A stretch of DNA of 64,000 nucleotides from Balneola sp. (GCA_003712055.1 RHLJ01000007.1:113512-177511); one strand, 5' to 3'. Shown: positions 7,779-18,806, numbered from the stretch's first letter. The notes: generated from the sequence alone by a model not told the origin. Numbers and translations: made by a program.

Positions 7779-9047
7779 TCAATCCTTAAGAATGGAAGAC
7801 ACATAGTTGTCCCAGCTCATATCAGAAGCTGATTCACGGACATTTTCTCTGGGTAGAGGGCTATCAAGAAAACGTAACATTTGTTCTGCCATAGAGTCGA
7901 TATCCTCAGGTTCAGCAAGGTAACCGTTAAAACCGTCTTTTATGGTTTCAGGAAAGTGACCGACTCGGGTTGCAAGAATGGGGAGTTCAAAATTATAGGT
8001 TAATGATTCTACTCCTGAAGGAGTAGCAGTCAGATAAAAAAGGATACTGCTATCTGCTACCTGGAAATATTTATGGACATCTTCATTGGGAATAAATTCG
8101 TTTTTTACAACTACTGAATCTGTAAGATTTAATTCCTCAACTAAATGTAGAGGGCGGTAATCTTGTTCGCTCTCTTTGTTCTTAAGCAAAAGTTTTTGTG
8201 CTATTGCAAAGAGTCCTCGCTTTAACTTTGTAGAAAATTTTGAAGTGTCTAGGGTTGCCCAAAACTCTTCTCCACAAATCAGGAACGATACATCATCTCG
8301 TTGCTTACTTACTTTGTCAAAAGCTTTAATGGCATTGTGTAGCCCTTTGTACTTTCTGATAAATCCAAAAAATAAAAAGACGTTTTCTCTAAGCCCAAGC
8401 TGTTGCTTGAATTGTTCTATATCAAACTCCGGATCTGGTTGATATAAATCGTAAACCGGGTGAAACAGCTTAACAACGGTCGTGGAATTATCACCTGAAC
8501 GTGTTCCATCTTCATTAACCGATAGCTTCTTTAAGGGGAATAGAGCTTTTAACTCATCTACTGTTTTGTAGGCATGGGCGATATAAGTATGAGCATGTTT
8601 AATGCCCATTTTCGTAAATCGTTCATCGATTGTGCTCCCTTCTTTTTGTACTACAAAATGAAGGTCAAAGATAACCTCGGCATCAGAATGTTTTTTTAGC
8701 CACTTAGCGATCGAACCCATTGGTAAACCCTGTATAGAAATCGCCCACTGAAATATCACTTTGGTGGGTTTAAGTGAGGCGATATACTTTGCCGTTTCTT
8801 TCCAGCTTAGCGGGTTATTGTAGTTGATGATGTACTTAACCTGAATGCGGGTCCCTTCTAAAAAATCAGACTGGCTCGATTTATCAACAAATTCTCTTGG
8901 GATTATGGAAGGATACTGGTTTGTCCATGAAACGATATGTACTTCATTATCCGGGTTCTTATCCAGGGTTTTGGCAAGTGAAGTATTATAGTTAGAAATA
9001 CCTCCCTTAAACTTGGGACCAGGGCCAAAGCAAACAATCTTGGGCAT
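7779..9047 (-). CDS. GT4/GT-B-fold glycosyltransferase
   Basis: 422-aa ORF. The C-terminal half has a GT-B nucleotide-sugar-binding pattern (..FLFFGFIRKYKGL.., ..LPILATRVGHFPETIKDGFNGYLAEPEDIDSMAEQM..). It starts 1 nt after the stop of the upstream epimerase gene, so the two likely form an operon. Confidence 0.7.
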   Translation of the reverse strand: MPKIVCFGPGPKFKGGISNYNTSLAKTLDKNPDNEVHIVSWTNQYPSIIPREFVDKSSQSDFLEGTRIQVKYIINYNNPLSWKETAKYIASLKPTKVIFQWAISIQGLPMGSIAKWLKKHSDAEVIFDLHFVVQKEGSTIDERFTKMGIKHAHTYIAHAYKTVDELKALFPLKKLSVNEDGTRSGDNSTTVVKLFHPVYDLYQPDPEFDIEQFKQQLGLRENVFLFFGFIRKYKGLHNAIKAFDKVSKQRDDVSFLICGEEFWATLDTSKFSTKLKRGLFAIAQKLLLKNKESEQDYRPLHLVEELNLTDSVVVKNEFIPNEDVHKYFQVADSSILFYLTATPSGVESLTYNFELPILATRVGHFPETIKDGFNGYLAEPEDIDSMAEQMLRFLDSPLPRENVRESASDMSWDNYVSSILKD

Positions 9048-9048
9048 A

Positions 9049-10092
9049 TTAAGTGTATTTCTTTACCGCCACATCATAAACACGATGCATACCTTCTTCC
9101 ATACTGAGCCTTGGTTTCCAACCGAGCTTATTATTTACATAATCCATATTAGCATATCTGGAATGAACTCCCACCGGTTTGTCTAAAAGGGGCTTGATAT
9201 CCGGGGAATACCCAGCGAAAGAAGTAAATACCTGAATGAGATCCAGGAAGCTAGTTAGTTTCCCGCTGCCAATATTGATTGCGCTACCATCAGTAATATG
9301 GTCCATAGCCAAGAGCGTACAATCCATTACGTCCTCAATATGTACAAAGTCACGCCCTTGTTTTCCACTGCCCCAAACCTCAAATGGATTTTCTTTCAAG
9401 GCAGCTCTTCGGGCTATTGCTGGTACTGGGTAGGTTAAATCCTGATCTTCACCAAAACCCGAGAAAGGACGAATACAAGTCACAGACACATCATAATATT
9501 TCGCCGCAATAGAAGCTAAATATTCGCCAGTTAACTTAGACCATCCGTAGGTCATGTCCGGCTGTCCCATTCTTGTAAAGTCAATATCACTCTCACTGAG
9601 AGCAATAGCATCAGATTCAGTTTGTAAGTCAACGGGATATGCTGCACTTGAGCTTGGGTATAAAGCACGTTCTGGTTTGTTAAGACAAATCCAGCGGAAA
9701 AATAACGCGTCAATTGCGAGGTCAAGAGCTACTTTCATAGGGTCTCCATCGATTGTCGCTCTACCCCCAACAATAGCAGCAAAATGGAAAACATCTTTAA
9801 ATGATGAAATGTCCAAGCCATGCTTAGTATTGAAGTACCCCGGATCTTCTATAAGTCCTTCGAAAATGACTCGTATATCCCCTTTCAGAAATATCATCCT
9901 TTCATCAGAGCCAAAATATGTAAGTCCGTTTGCTTCTCTACTTGCTGTACCTTCGGGTAACCAAGTTGAAGGGTGGGTGCCTACTGAAAGGTCATCAATA
10001 AATAGTATAGTATCATTTGTTGTATTGTATATCCGCTTTACAAAATTGCGACCAACGAATCCGCAACCACCGGTGACTAGATGATAATTCAT
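9049..10092 (-). CDS. NAD-dependent sugar-nucleotide epimerase/dehydratase (extended SDR)
   Basis: 347-aa ORF with an N-terminal Rossmann motif VTGGCGFVGRNF and a catalytic YGWSK (YxxxK) motif. Confidence 0.85.
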   Translation of the reverse strand: MNYHLVTGGCGFVGRNFVKRIYNTTNDTILFIDDLSVGTHPSTWLPEGTASREANGLTYFGSDERMIFLKGDIRVIFEGLIEDPGYFNTKHGLDISSFKDVFHFAAIVGGRATIDGDPMKVALDLAIDALFFRWICLNKPERALYPSSSAAYPVDLQTESDAIALSESDIDFTRMGQPDMTYGWSKLTGEYLASIAAKYYDVSVTCIRPFSGFGEDQDLTYPVPAIARRAALKENPFEVWGSGKQGRDFVHIEDVMDCTLLAMDHITDGSAINIGSGKLTSFLDLIQVFTSFAGYSPDIKPLLDKPVGVHSRYANMDYVNNKLGWKPRLSMEEGMHRVYDVAVKKYT

Positions 10093-10212
10093 TATTTCAT
10101 TAATTCATTTTTTCCAGAAATGAAGATAGCCAATTCTAGAAAAAAGCCTTTCCAAAAGAGGCACTTTTATTCAAAAATTCCTTTCTTTGGCACTCAAATA
10201 AAACGAATTGGA

Positions 10213-11184
10213 ATGAATAGAATACTTTCACTACTCATAATTGGCACTCTCCCTTTATTATCAAATGCTCAGGAGCTCAGCATTAGCACGGCTCCAGGTT
10301 CAAACGTCACATTAGAAGCGAGTATAAATGGTAGTGGAATTCAGATCCTAGAGATGGATGGCACGGAAATTTTTGGAGCTGATTATTCGGTTTCTGCAAA
10401 TGATCCCTCAATTGCAGTATATCCGCTTGCTGATGGTTCATTTATAGTAAGAGAGAATATTGCAAATTTTTTGGTATATGATTCATTCGGTAAAGTACAA
10501 CGTTCGATTTCTAATAGTACACAAAGTGAAGGTGGAGAAGCTATTTCTGAGCTGGCAATGGACGGGAATGGTAAAACAGTGGTTGTTTACAATCCTAAAG
10601 TAATGACGAACGGAGTAGAAGGGTCGCGTGGTAAAATAATCTCCGGAAGTGGCCCGGTAATGGATGTATTTTATTCTCAGGATAGAGCGCTTTCTCATGT
10701 AGAGGTTTCTGCTAATGGAGAATTTATTGCTTTTGTTTCTGCTAAAGAGGGAAGTGATGATGAAGTACAATTGATGGATCGCTTTGGCAATATGTTGGTA
10801 ACTATTTCTTTCGACCAGTCAGTAAAAGGCGTAAGCTTTTCGGAGAATGGATTATATGTTGCGATATATTCAGGAGGAAGAGCAGCAGCATATCAGGTAA
10901 GGTCGGGAGAGCGAGTAGGAAGTACAAGTTTCAGAAATACATCGGTAGTTTTTGCCGGGTACGATCCTGTTGACAAAACCATAATTGGCTTAACAGGTAG
11001 TGGTAGTTCAACACTTACAGAAGTTCAGCTTCACGCTGTAAATGTATCAGCCCGAAAAATAGCTCGTGAAAACTCAAACGAGTCCTTTAATATAGTTAGT
11101 CAGGTTTCGATGGAACGGGTAGGTTCTGGAAGGTATAAGATTAAAGGGTTGGATAAAGAAATAACCCTAAGAGCTTCATTCTAA
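10213..11184 (+). CDS. Secreted hypothetical protein (beta-rich, possibly propeller-like)
   Basis: The track ORF begins at 10081 inside the epimerase gene. The internal ATG at 10213 gives a clean signal peptide MNRILSLLIIGTLPLLSNAQ, so I use that start. No family recognised. Confidence 0.55.
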   Translation: MNRILSLLIIGTLPLLSNAQELSISTAPGSNVTLEASINGSGIQILEMDGTEIFGADYSVSANDPSIAVYPLADGSFIVRENIANFLVYDSFGKVQRSISNSTQSEGGEAISELAMDGNGKTVVVYNPKVMTNGVEGSRGKIISGSGPVMDVFYSQDRALSHVEVSANGEFIAFVSAKEGSDDEVQLMDRFGNMLVTISFDQSVKGVSFSENGLYVAIYSGGRAAAYQVRSGERVGSTSFRNTSVVFAGYDPVDKTIIGLTGSGSSTLTEVQLHAVNVSARKIARENSNESFNIVSQVSMERVGSGRYKIKGLDKEITLRASF

Positions 11185-11186
11185 AA

Positions 11187-11221
11187 AAAGCCCTGCACAT
11201 GTTGAATGAGCAGGGCTTTTT
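11187..11221. terminator. Bidirectional intrinsic terminator
   Basis: AAAGCCCTGC-(13-nt loop)-GCAGGGCTTT with A-run and T-run flanks, between convergent genes (10213-11184 on + and clpC on -). Confidence 0.8.
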
Positions 11222-11297
11222 ACTTCAAATATTCCTTGCTTAATACCTACCCTGCCTTTGCCAATAGGCGGGCTGTGGTAGGCTGGTTCTTATTTCA

Positions 11298-13913
11298 CTA
11301 AGCTTCTTTAGCTTCCTCTGATTCGTCTTCTTCTTTAGGTTCTTCCTTCTTCGCCTTTTTTGAAGAAGGAGTGGAAGCGGCTTCCTCAAGTGCTTTGATA
11401 TCTGGTTTTTCCCATAAAAACTCTAAATCATCACGAGATTTATTCATCTTAATTTTAATGGTAGAACCGATTTCCTGCTTGTTTTCCAGAAGCTCTTCAG
11501 CAAGAGGGTCTTCAATGTACTTTTGGATAGCTCGCTTAAGAGGTCGGGCTCCGTACTTTTGATCAAATCCTCGATCAGAAATGAAGTCTTTGGCTCCTTT
11601 AGTAATTTCAATATTGAAACCAACTTCACGGATTCGAACAAAAAGCTCTTCACTTAATATGTCAATGATCTGGAAGATGTCGTCTTTTTCAAGAGGCTTG
11701 AATGTAATTACATCGTCAATTCGATTCAGAAATTCCGGGTTGAACACTTTCTTTAATGCATCCTGAATGGTTGTCTTCATTTTTGCATAATCAAAAGCAG
11801 TTTCATCAGGTCCGCCAAAGCCGATACCTTTGCCCATATTACGTATATCACGGGCTCCAATATTGGAAGTCATGATAATTATGGTATTTCTGAAATCAAC
11901 TCTGCGGCCAAGACTATCGGTTAGGATACCATCATCAAGCACTTGTAGTAAAATATTGAACACATCAGGGTGAGCTTTCTCTATTTCGTCAAGAAGCACT
12001 ACACTGTAAGGCTTACGACGAACTTTCTCAGTAAGTACTCCGCCTTCCTCATAACCCACATAGCCTGGAGGTGCTCCGATTAACCTGGAAACAGAGAACT
12101 TCTCCATGTATTCACTCATGTCAATTCGGATGAGTGAATCATCCTTATCGAATAAATACTTAGCAAGAACTTTGGCCATTTCAGTTTTACCAACGCCCGT
12201 TGGACCTAAGAAAATAAATGAACCAATAGGCCTGGAAGGATCCTTTAATCCGGCGCGAGTTCTTTGTATAGCTTTAGTAAGCTTTATGATGGCTTCTTCC
12301 TGGCCAACTACTTTTCCTGACAGGCTTTCCTTCATCTTGAGGAGTTTCTGTCCTTCATTCTGGCTAATCTTATTAACAGGAACGCCACTCATCATAGCTA
12401 TTACTGAGGCAACGTCTTCTTCTTCAACATCAAAAACGATACTTTCAGATTCTTTTTCCCACTCACGTTGAGCTACTTCTAAATCCTCAATCAGGCGCTT
12501 TTCTTTGTCACGTAATCGTGCAGCTTCTTCAAAGCGCTGCTTTTTAACCATTGAGTTTTTATCGATACTGGTTGCTTCAATTTCTTCTTCCAGTTCAATA
12601 ATATGCTTTGGTACAGTGATGTTGGCCAGGTGAACTCTTGCACCAGCTTCATCAAGTGCATCGATTGCCTTATCTGGTAAAAAATGATCGGTTACATAAC
12701 GATCAGTTAGCTTTACACAACCCTCAATAGCTTCTTTGGTATATCGAACGCTGTGGTGCTTTTCATATTTACCTTTGATTTGGTTTAGAATCTCGACTGT
12801 TTCTTCAGCAGTTGTAGGATCAACCATAATTTTTTGGAAGCGACGCTCTAAAGCACCATCCTTTTCTATGAACTGACGGTATTCATTAAGTGTGGTAGCG
12901 CCAATAGCTTGAATATCACCTCTGGCAAGAGCCGGCTTCAACATGTTTGAAGCGTCTAAAGAACCACTTGCTCCACCAGCGCCAACAATGGTATGTAGCT
13001 CGTCGATAAACAGAATTACATTATCCGTCTTTTCTAGCTCTGTCATGACGGCTTTCATGCGTTCTTCGAATTGTCCTCTGTACTTGGTGCCAGCGACAAG
13101 TGCAGCAAGATCTAAGGCAATCACTCTTTTATCATAAAGTACCCTTGAGACTTTACGTTGAACTATTCTTGCGGCAAGTCCTTCTGCAATGGCAGTTTTA
13201 CCAACTCCAGGTTCTCCAATAAGAACAGGATTATTTTTTTTGCGGCGACTCAACACTTGAGCAACTCTTTCTATTTCTTTATCGCGGCCAATAATAGGAT
13301 CTAGTTTTCCTTCTTCAGCCATTTGGGTAAGATCCCGGCCAAAGTTATCCAGTACTGGTGTTTTAGATTTATCCATACGCTTTTCCCTTGCACTTCCTGA
13401 TCCTGAACTTCCTTTTGAAGAAGAAGAGGATGAGCTGGATGAAACAGTAGTTGTATCATCAAACTCCTCTCTGGATTTTCCTGAAATAATTAAATCAAGT
13501 TCTTCGCGAACGGCATCGTAGGAAACGCTGAACTGCTGAAGAATTTGGGCTGCAATATTTTCATCATCGCGAAGTAGTGACAGTAAAAGATGCTCTGTTC
13601 CGATAGTGTCGCTTTTATAAAGCTTAGCTTCGAGATAGGTAATGCGAAGAACTTTCTCTGCTTGTTTTGTGAGCGGTATATTACCCACAGTAACAGAACC
13701 TCCCGTTCCACGAACAGTATCTTCTATTGTCTTTTTAAGTTTGAAAAGATCGCAATCCAGATTCTTCAAAATGCGAACAGCAACGCCGTCTCCCAAACGA
13801 ACGATACCAAGTATTAAATGCTCTGTGCCGATGTAATCGTGACCCAACCGAAGTGCTTCCTCTCGGCTAAATTGTATCACGTCACGTACTTTGCTGGAAA
13901 AATTTCCCTCCAT
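11298..13913 (-). CDS. clpC: ATP-dependent Clp protease ATP-binding subunit ClpC
   Basis: 871-aa ORF with a duplicated Clp_N repeat at the N-terminus. Two AAA+ modules ([15 protein letters not shown] and [15 protein letters not shown] Walker A) and a UVR-like motif ([18 protein letters not shown]) between them. Confidence 0.9.
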   Translation of the reverse strand: MEGNFSSKVRDVIQFSREEALRLGHDYIGTEHLILGIVRLGDGVAVRILKNLDCDLFKLKKTIEDTVRGTGGSVTVGNIPLTKQAEKVLRITYLEAKLYKSDTIGTEHLLLSLLRDDENIAAQILQQFSVSYDAVREELDLIISGKSREEFDDTTTVSSSSSSSSSKGSSGSGSAREKRMDKSKTPVLDNFGRDLTQMAEEGKLDPIIGRDKEIERVAQVLSRRKKNNPVLIGEPGVGKTAIAEGLAARIVQRKVSRVLYDKRVIALDLAALVAGTKYRGQFEERMKAVMTELEKTDNVILFIDELHTIVGAGGASGSLDASNMLKPALARGDIQAIGATTLNEYRQFIEKDGALERRFQKIMVDPTTAEETVEILNQIKGKYEKHHSVRYTKEAIEGCVKLTDRYVTDHFLPDKAIDALDEAGARVHLANITVPKHIIELEEEIEATSIDKNSMVKKQRFEEAARLRDKEKRLIEDLEVAQREWEKESESIVFDVEEEDVASVIAMMSGVPVNKISQNEGQKLLKMKESLSGKVVGQEEAIIKLTKAIQRTRAGLKDPSRPIGSFIFLGPTGVGKTEMAKVLAKYLFDKDDSLIRIDMSEYMEKFSVSRLIGAPPGYVGYEEGGVLTEKVRRKPYSVVLLDEIEKAHPDVFNILLQVLDDGILTDSLGRRVDFRNTIIIMTSNIGARDIRNMGKGIGFGGPDETAFDYAKMKTTIQDALKKVFNPEFLNRIDDVITFKPLEKDDIFQIIDILSEELFVRIREVGFNIEITKGAKDFISDRGFDQKYGARPLKRAIQKYIEDPLAEELLENKQEIGSTIKIKMNKSRDDLEFLWEKPDIKALEEAASTPSSKKAKKEEPKEEDESEEAKEA

Positions 13914-14048
13914 GTAACTAAGTCCTCAATCTAGAATAAAATTTATATGCTACAGGGCAAAAAACGAGCCAAATCGATATTTAGTTCGTTTCTTCGCGAA
14001 TGTAGCAGAGCAACCAAGTAAAAGCAAACAAAATGGGCGCTGAATAGA

Positions 14049-15569
14049 TTAGAAAAGAGGAGCGCCTGTCATTTCTTCAGGTTGTGAAAGCTCCATTAAT
14101 TTTAATAGGGTAGGAGCTACATCGGCGAGTATTCCCGGGTGCATGGTGATGGGCTCTCCGTAATTAACAACAATGGATGGTACGAGAGCAGTTGTATGCG
14201 CAGTATGTGGAGAACCATCTTTTTTAACCATCTGATCTGAGTTTCCGTGGTCAGCGATAATGAGTGATCTATATCCATGATTGGACGCGGTTTCTATAAC
14301 TCGCTCTAGCTGGGTATCAACAGCTTCGACAGCTTTTATCGCTGCCTGCATATCTCCGGTATGACCAACCATGTCGGGATTCGCAAAATTTAGAATAACC
14401 AGATCATACATCTCTGACTGTAATCGGTCAACTAACTCATCTCCAACTTCAGGGGCACTCATCTCGGGTTTAAGATCATAAGTAGCAACTTTCGGGCTCG
14501 GAACAACTAATCGATCTTCACCTTCATTTGGCGTTTCCTCCCCACCATTAAAAAAGTAAGTGACGTGCGGGTACTTTTCTGTTTCTGCGATCCTAAATTG
14601 TTTCATGCCTTCCTTACTAACCCATTCTCCTAACGTATTTTTCAATATCTGTGGCGGATAAGCAACTCGAGCAAAGTCAAAAGTGGCATCGTATGAAGTA
14701 AAATTGATGTAAGTCAGATTAAGATCCTGAGCTTCGAATTCTGAAAAATTCTTTTCGTTGAGAGCACGTGAAATTTCGCGGGCCCTGTCACCTCTTATAT
14801 TGTAGAAGATTACGGTATCACCTGGTTCTATTCTTGATTCTTGAGAATCATTTAATAGGACTGGTTTGATAAACTCGTCAGTCACGCCATCTTTGTAAGA
14901 AGCATCAAACGCTTCGTCAGATGAGCTAAGCTTTGTCCCTTTCCTGTGTACAAGCAGATCATAAGCAAGTTGAACTCTTTCCCAACGATTATCCCTATCC
15001 ATCGCATAATACCGTCCTATTATAGAAACGAGTTCTCCTACACCAATCTCTTCAGTCTTCGTATTAAGTTGTTGTGCATATTTTTTCCCTGAATCAGGAG
15101 CAGTATCTCTACCATCGGTAAATGCGTGAACAAAAACTTTCTCCAATCCCTCTTGTTTGCAGAGTTTTAATAAGGCGAATAAGTGTTCATTATGACTATG
15201 CACTCCTCCATCCGAAAAGAGCCCCATCAAATGAATTTTACCCTTCTTTTTTGCCTGTTCAATTCCGTATAAGAGCTGATGATTTTTAAAAAAACCGCCT
15301 TCACGAATATCCTTATTAATTCGCGATAACGCTTGCCAGACAATACGTCCAGCTCCAATATTGAGGTGGCCTACTTCAGAATTTCCAAACTGACCATCAG
15401 GTAATCCTACATCTTCGCCACTTGCAGAAAGTGTAGAGTGAGGACAGGTTTCAAGGAGGGAATCAAAAAAGGGGGTTTGCGCTTTATCGATGGCGCTTAC
15501 AGAAGGGTCGACAGCAATTCCGAACCCATCTAAAATTACAAGTAAGGCTTTAGATCTGGGCTCGGGCAT
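14049..15569 (-). CDS. gpmI: 2,3-bisphosphoglycerate-independent phosphoglycerate mutase
   Basis: 506-aa ORF. LVILDGFG..NSEVGHLNIGAGR..ADHGN motifs and a length typical of iPGM. Confidence 0.92.
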   Translation of the reverse strand: MPEPRSKALLVILDGFGIAVDPSVSAIDKAQTPFFDSLLETCPHSTLSASGEDVGLPDGQFGNSEVGHLNIGAGRIVWQALSRINKDIREGGFFKNHQLLYGIEQAKKKGKIHLMGLFSDGGVHSHNEHLFALLKLCKQEGLEKVFVHAFTDGRDTAPDSGKKYAQQLNTKTEEIGVGELVSIIGRYYAMDRDNRWERVQLAYDLLVHRKGTKLSSSDEAFDASYKDGVTDEFIKPVLLNDSQESRIEPGDTVIFYNIRGDRAREISRALNEKNFSEFEAQDLNLTYINFTSYDATFDFARVAYPPQILKNTLGEWVSKEGMKQFRIAETEKYPHVTYFFNGGEETPNEGEDRLVVPSPKVATYDLKPEMSAPEVGDELVDRLQSEMYDLVILNFANPDMVGHTGDMQAAIKAVEAVDTQLERVIETASNHGYRSLIIADHGNSDQMVKKDGSPHTAHTTALVPSIVVNYGEPITMHPGILADVAPTLLKLMELSQPEEMTGAPLF

Positions 15570-15580
15570 TGTTGAAAAAC

Positions 15581-15832
15581 TTATAAGTTATTTACGTACT
15601 TGGTAAGCTGGGCTTTTTTGCGAGCAGCATTGTTTTTGTGGATTACTCCTTTAACACTCATTCGGTCGATGAAAGAAGTAGCTTCCTTTAATGCAGCTTC
15701 AGCCTCTGCTTTGTCAGTTGAGCCAAAAACTTTTTTAGTCAATGTTCTCATTTTAGAACGTCGAGTTCGATTATGCTCATTTCGCTTAATATTCTGACGA
15801 GTACGTTTTATCGCTGATTTATTACGTGCCAT
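15581..15832 (-). CDS. rpsT: 30S ribosomal protein S20
   Basis: 83-aa basic ORF MARNKSAIKRTRQNIKRNEHNRTRRSKMRT.., the canonical S20 N-terminus. Confidence 0.9.
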   Translation of the reverse strand: MARNKSAIKRTRQNIKRNEHNRTRRSKMRTLTKKVFGSTDKAEAEAALKEATSFIDRMSVKGVIHKNNAARKKAQLTKYVNNL

Positions 15833-15955
15833 GAATTCTTTTGACAGGTTAGTTCGTTCGATTTTTTCGAAGACTCCAAAATTAAGGCTTCCTTAAATCT
15901 TATACAAGAAATGATTGAATAATTAAGGGAATAAACTTAATTTAGCTGTTCTGTT

Positions 15956-16612
15956 ATGATAGTGGTGATTGATGGGCCCGCAGGGTCAGGTAAAAGTTCT
16001 ACTGCTCGAGCAGTTGCCGAGCGACTACAAATTCAATTTTTGGATTCCGGAGCTTTATACCGAGCTGCAACCCTTCTTTACCTCAAGGCAGAAAAGAATA
16101 TATCCTCGTTCTTTGAACTCCTGAAAGAAAATAAAATCTCATTCTTTTATAAAGAAAGAAAGTTCCATTGTTTTATTGATCAAAAAGATGTTTCCGAAGA
16201 CATCAGATCTTTAGAAGTTTCCTCTCATGTTAGTGAGGTTGCCGCAAAGCCAGAAGTAAGGGTCTTTGTAAATAACCTAATGAGAACAGCTGTTCAGACA
16301 GATGTTTTTATTGCTGACGGTAGGGATTTGGGTACTGCGGTATTTCCAGAAGCTGCTTTAAAATTTTTTATGGTAGCTGATCTGGAAACCAGAGCCAAAA
16401 GAAGATTAGCCGAACTCTTAAGTAATGGAGTTGAAGCTACTCTGGAATCAATAAAACAAAATATCCTGGAAAGGGATGAGATTGATTCATCCAGAAGTGC
16501 TGATCCGCTTAAAAAGGCGGACGATGCCATAGAAATTGATACCTCCTCACTCACATTTGATGAGCAGGTTTCAATAATTAGTGACAAGATCAAGCATCTT
16601 ATCACTTCATAA
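15956..16612 (+). CDS. cmk: Cytidylate kinase
   Basis: 218-aa ORF with P-loop IDGPAGSGKSS followed by ..LDSGALYRA... Classic cmk-rpsA gene order. Confidence 0.9.
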   Translation: MIVVIDGPAGSGKSSTARAVAERLQIQFLDSGALYRAATLLYLKAEKNISSFFELLKENKISFFYKERKFHCFIDQKDVSEDIRSLEVSSHVSEVAAKPEVRVFVNNLMRTAVQTDVFIADGRDLGTAVFPEAALKFFMVADLETRAKRRLAELLSNGVEATLESIKQNILERDEIDSSRSADPLKKADDAIEIDTSSLTFDEQVSIISDKIKHLITS

Positions 16613-16679
16613 CTGAAACATTAACTCTAGCCCATACCCGAAAGTCGGATATGCGGTAAAACATTAACAGATAGATACT

Positions 16680-18731
16680 ATGTCAGAAGACGTAAAAAAC
16701 GAACAAACCGAACAAGAAGAAGTAGCAACTCCTGAAGCTACTGAAGAAACAACTACAGAAACTGTAGAAGCAGAAGCTACCACTGAAGTAGCAGATGTTG
16801 AAACTGCAGAAGAACCCACCGAAGAAGTTGTAGAAGAAGTTGCTGAAACTGAGCAACAAGAAGAAACTGTAGAAGAAGAAGTAAGTGCAGAAGCACCTAC
16901 AACGGAAGAAAATAATACAGAAGAAACACTTACCCACGTGTTTACAGGGGAAGTAGAAGGCGAAACATATACCTTCGATCAACTTGATAGCCCCTCAGAT
17001 GAATATACTGCCGAAGAGTACAATCAACTCATGGGTATGTATGAAAACACGCTGAATGAAATTGAAGAAAAAGAAATTGTTACTGGGCGAGTAGTTTCCA
17101 TCGATGAGAAGTATGTTGTAATCGATATCGGATTCAAATCAGAAGGTATCATTGCAGTAAATGAGTTCCCTTCCTCCATTTTAGAAAATATGGGAGCTGG
17201 TGATGAGGTTGACGTATTCCTTGATCGAGTAGAGGACAAAGAAGGTCAGCTTATCCTGTCTCGTAGAAAAGCTGATATCCTTCAAGCTTGGGAAAAAATT
17301 GAAGCAGCCCATGCTTCACAAGAAGTTGTTGAAGGACTTATTAAGAGAAGAATTAAAGGTGGAATGGTTGTTGACCTATTCGGTATTGACGCCTTCTTAC
17401 CAGGTTCTCAAATCGATGTACGCCCTGTACGCGATTTTGATGCTTATGTAAGCAAGACCATGGAATTCGCTGTAGTTAAATTGAACATGGCTGCTGAAAA
17501 CGTGGTTGTCTCTCACAGAGCTCTTATTGAGAGTGATCTTGAAGAGCAAAGAGAGCAAATTCTTGACACGATCGAGTCAGGTCAGGTTCTTGAAGGAGCT
17601 GTTAAGAATATTACTGATTTCGGTGTGTTTATCGACCTTGGTGGTGTGGATGGACTTCTTCACATTACCGATCTTTCATGGGGGCGTGTTGACAACCCAA
17701 GTGAAATCGTACAGCTTGATCAGCGTATGAACGTTGCTGTAATCGATTTTGATGAAAGAAGTAAGAGAGTATCTCTTGGTCTTAAGCAACTTCAGCCACA
17801 TCCTTGGGAAGAGATTCACGACAAGTATCCAGAAGGCATGAAAGTTCAGGGACGCGTGGTTTCTATTGCTGATTACGGTGCGTTTATCGAACTGGAAAAA
17901 GGCGTGGAAGGTTTAATTCATATCTCTGAAATGTCCTGGACTCAAAACATTAAGCACCCATCTCAGCTTGTTGAGAAGGATGATGTGGTTGAGTGTATTG
18001 TTCTAAACATCAGTGAGGAAGAGAAAAAGATTTCTCTCGGTGTTAAGCAGCTTACTAAAGATCCATGGGCTGATATCCTTGAGCGATTCCCAATTGGTTC
18101 TAAGCACAAAGGATTCGTTAGAAACCTTACCAACTTTGGTGTATTCGTAGAGCTAGAGCCAGGAATTGATGGCCTAATTCACGTTTCTGATCTTAGCTGG
18201 GAAGACAAGGTTGAGCATCCAAATGAAGTGGTAAGCAAAGACCAGGAAATTGATGTAGTTATTTTAGGTGTAGACTTCGATAACAGAAGAATTACACTAG
18301 GACACAAGCAAGTTCTGGAAAATCCTTGGGAAACATACGCGAAAGAGTATATTCCTGGAACAGAAGTTGAAGGTGAAGTTGTAAAAGTTACTGATCGTGG
18401 TGCTTTCGTAAAACTTCCTCTTGGTGTTGAAGCCTTCTTAAACATGACTAAAGCTGTTGAGCCTGAGTTCAAAGAAGGACAAAAAGTAGAAGCATATATC
18501 TTCAAATTTGATGAAGGCAACAAGTCTATTGACTTGAGCCAATTGGATTCAGATCAGAAGAAAGCGAAGACTGCTAAGAAAAAAGCAGATGAAGCAGCTA
18601 ACATCGAAACAGGCGCGCCTACTCTTGGCGAAATGTCCGGACTAGCAGCGCTAAAAGAAAAGATGGAAGCAGAAGAAAAAGCTGCTGCTAAAAAAGCTTC
18701 AAAGGCAAAAGCTGATTCATCTGAAGAATAG
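16680..18731 (+). CDS. rpsA: 30S ribosomal protein S1 with acidic N-terminal extension and Lys/Ala-rich C-terminal tail
   Basis: 683-aa ORF containing multiple S1/OB repeats (..GRVVSIDEKYVVIDIGFKSEGII.., ..GAVKNITDFGVFIDLGGVDGLLHITDLSW.., ..GRVVSIADYGAFIELEKGVEGLIHISEMSW..). Confidence 0.9.
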   Translation: MSEDVKNEQTEQEEVATPEATEETTTETVEAEATTEVADVETAEEPTEEVVEEVAETEQQEETVEEEVSAEAPTTEENNTEETLTHVFTGEVEGETYTFDQLDSPSDEYTAEEYNQLMGMYENTLNEIEEKEIVTGRVVSIDEKYVVIDIGFKSEGIIAVNEFPSSILENMGAGDEVDVFLDRVEDKEGQLILSRRKADILQAWEKIEAAHASQEVVEGLIKRRIKGGMVVDLFGIDAFLPGSQIDVRPVRDFDAYVSKTMEFAVVKLNMAAENVVVSHRALIESDLEEQREQILDTIESGQVLEGAVKNITDFGVFIDLGGVDGLLHITDLSWGRVDNPSEIVQLDQRMNVAVIDFDERSKRVSLGLKQLQPHPWEEIHDKYPEGMKVQGRVVSIADYGAFIELEKGVEGLIHISEMSWTQNIKHPSQLVEKDDVVECIVLNISEEEKKISLGVKQLTKDPWADILERFPIGSKHKGFVRNLTNFGVFVELEPGIDGLIHVSDLSWEDKVEHPNEVVSKDQEIDVVILGVDFDNRRITLGHKQVLENPWETYAKEYIPGTEVEGEVVKVTDRGAFVKLPLGVEAFLNMTKAVEPEFKEGQKVEAYIFKFDEGNKSIDLSQLDSDQKKAKTAKKKADEAANIETGAPTLGEMSGLAALKEKMEAEEKAAAKKASKAKADSSEE

Positions 18732-18773
18732 TTGGTTATTCGATTTAACAGCTAGATAAGCTTAAAAAAAGAG

Positions 18774-18806
18774 AAGCCTCATTCGCTAAGTGAATGAGGC
18801 TTTTTA
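18774..18806. terminator. Bidirectional intrinsic terminator
   Basis: AAGCCTCATTC-gctaagt-GAATGAGGCTT is an 11-bp perfect stem followed by TTTTT, with an A-run on the other side. It lies between rpsA (+) and the convergent minus-strand genes. Confidence 0.85.

Noticed and set aside
9554-10084. 176-aa plus-strand ORF
   Set aside because: It is entirely antisense to the SDR epimerase gene, which has unmistakable Rossmann and YxxxK motifs. The Ser/Ile/Lys-rich composition is typical of shadow ORFs.
13415-13441. Nine consecutive Ser codons in the ClpC N-domain/D1 linker, considered as a slippage-prone simple repeat
   Set aside because: The run uses mixed codons (TCA TCC AGC TCA TCC TCT TCT TCT TCA), so it is not a pure trinucleotide repeat. 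It sits in a linker where low complexity is tolerated, and nothing suggests phase variation.
16683-16982. 99-aa minus-strand ORF rich in F/C/S
   Set aside because: It is the mirror image of the GAA/ACT-rich acidic N-terminal extension of rpsA. The low-complexity antisense translation is not a plausible protein.
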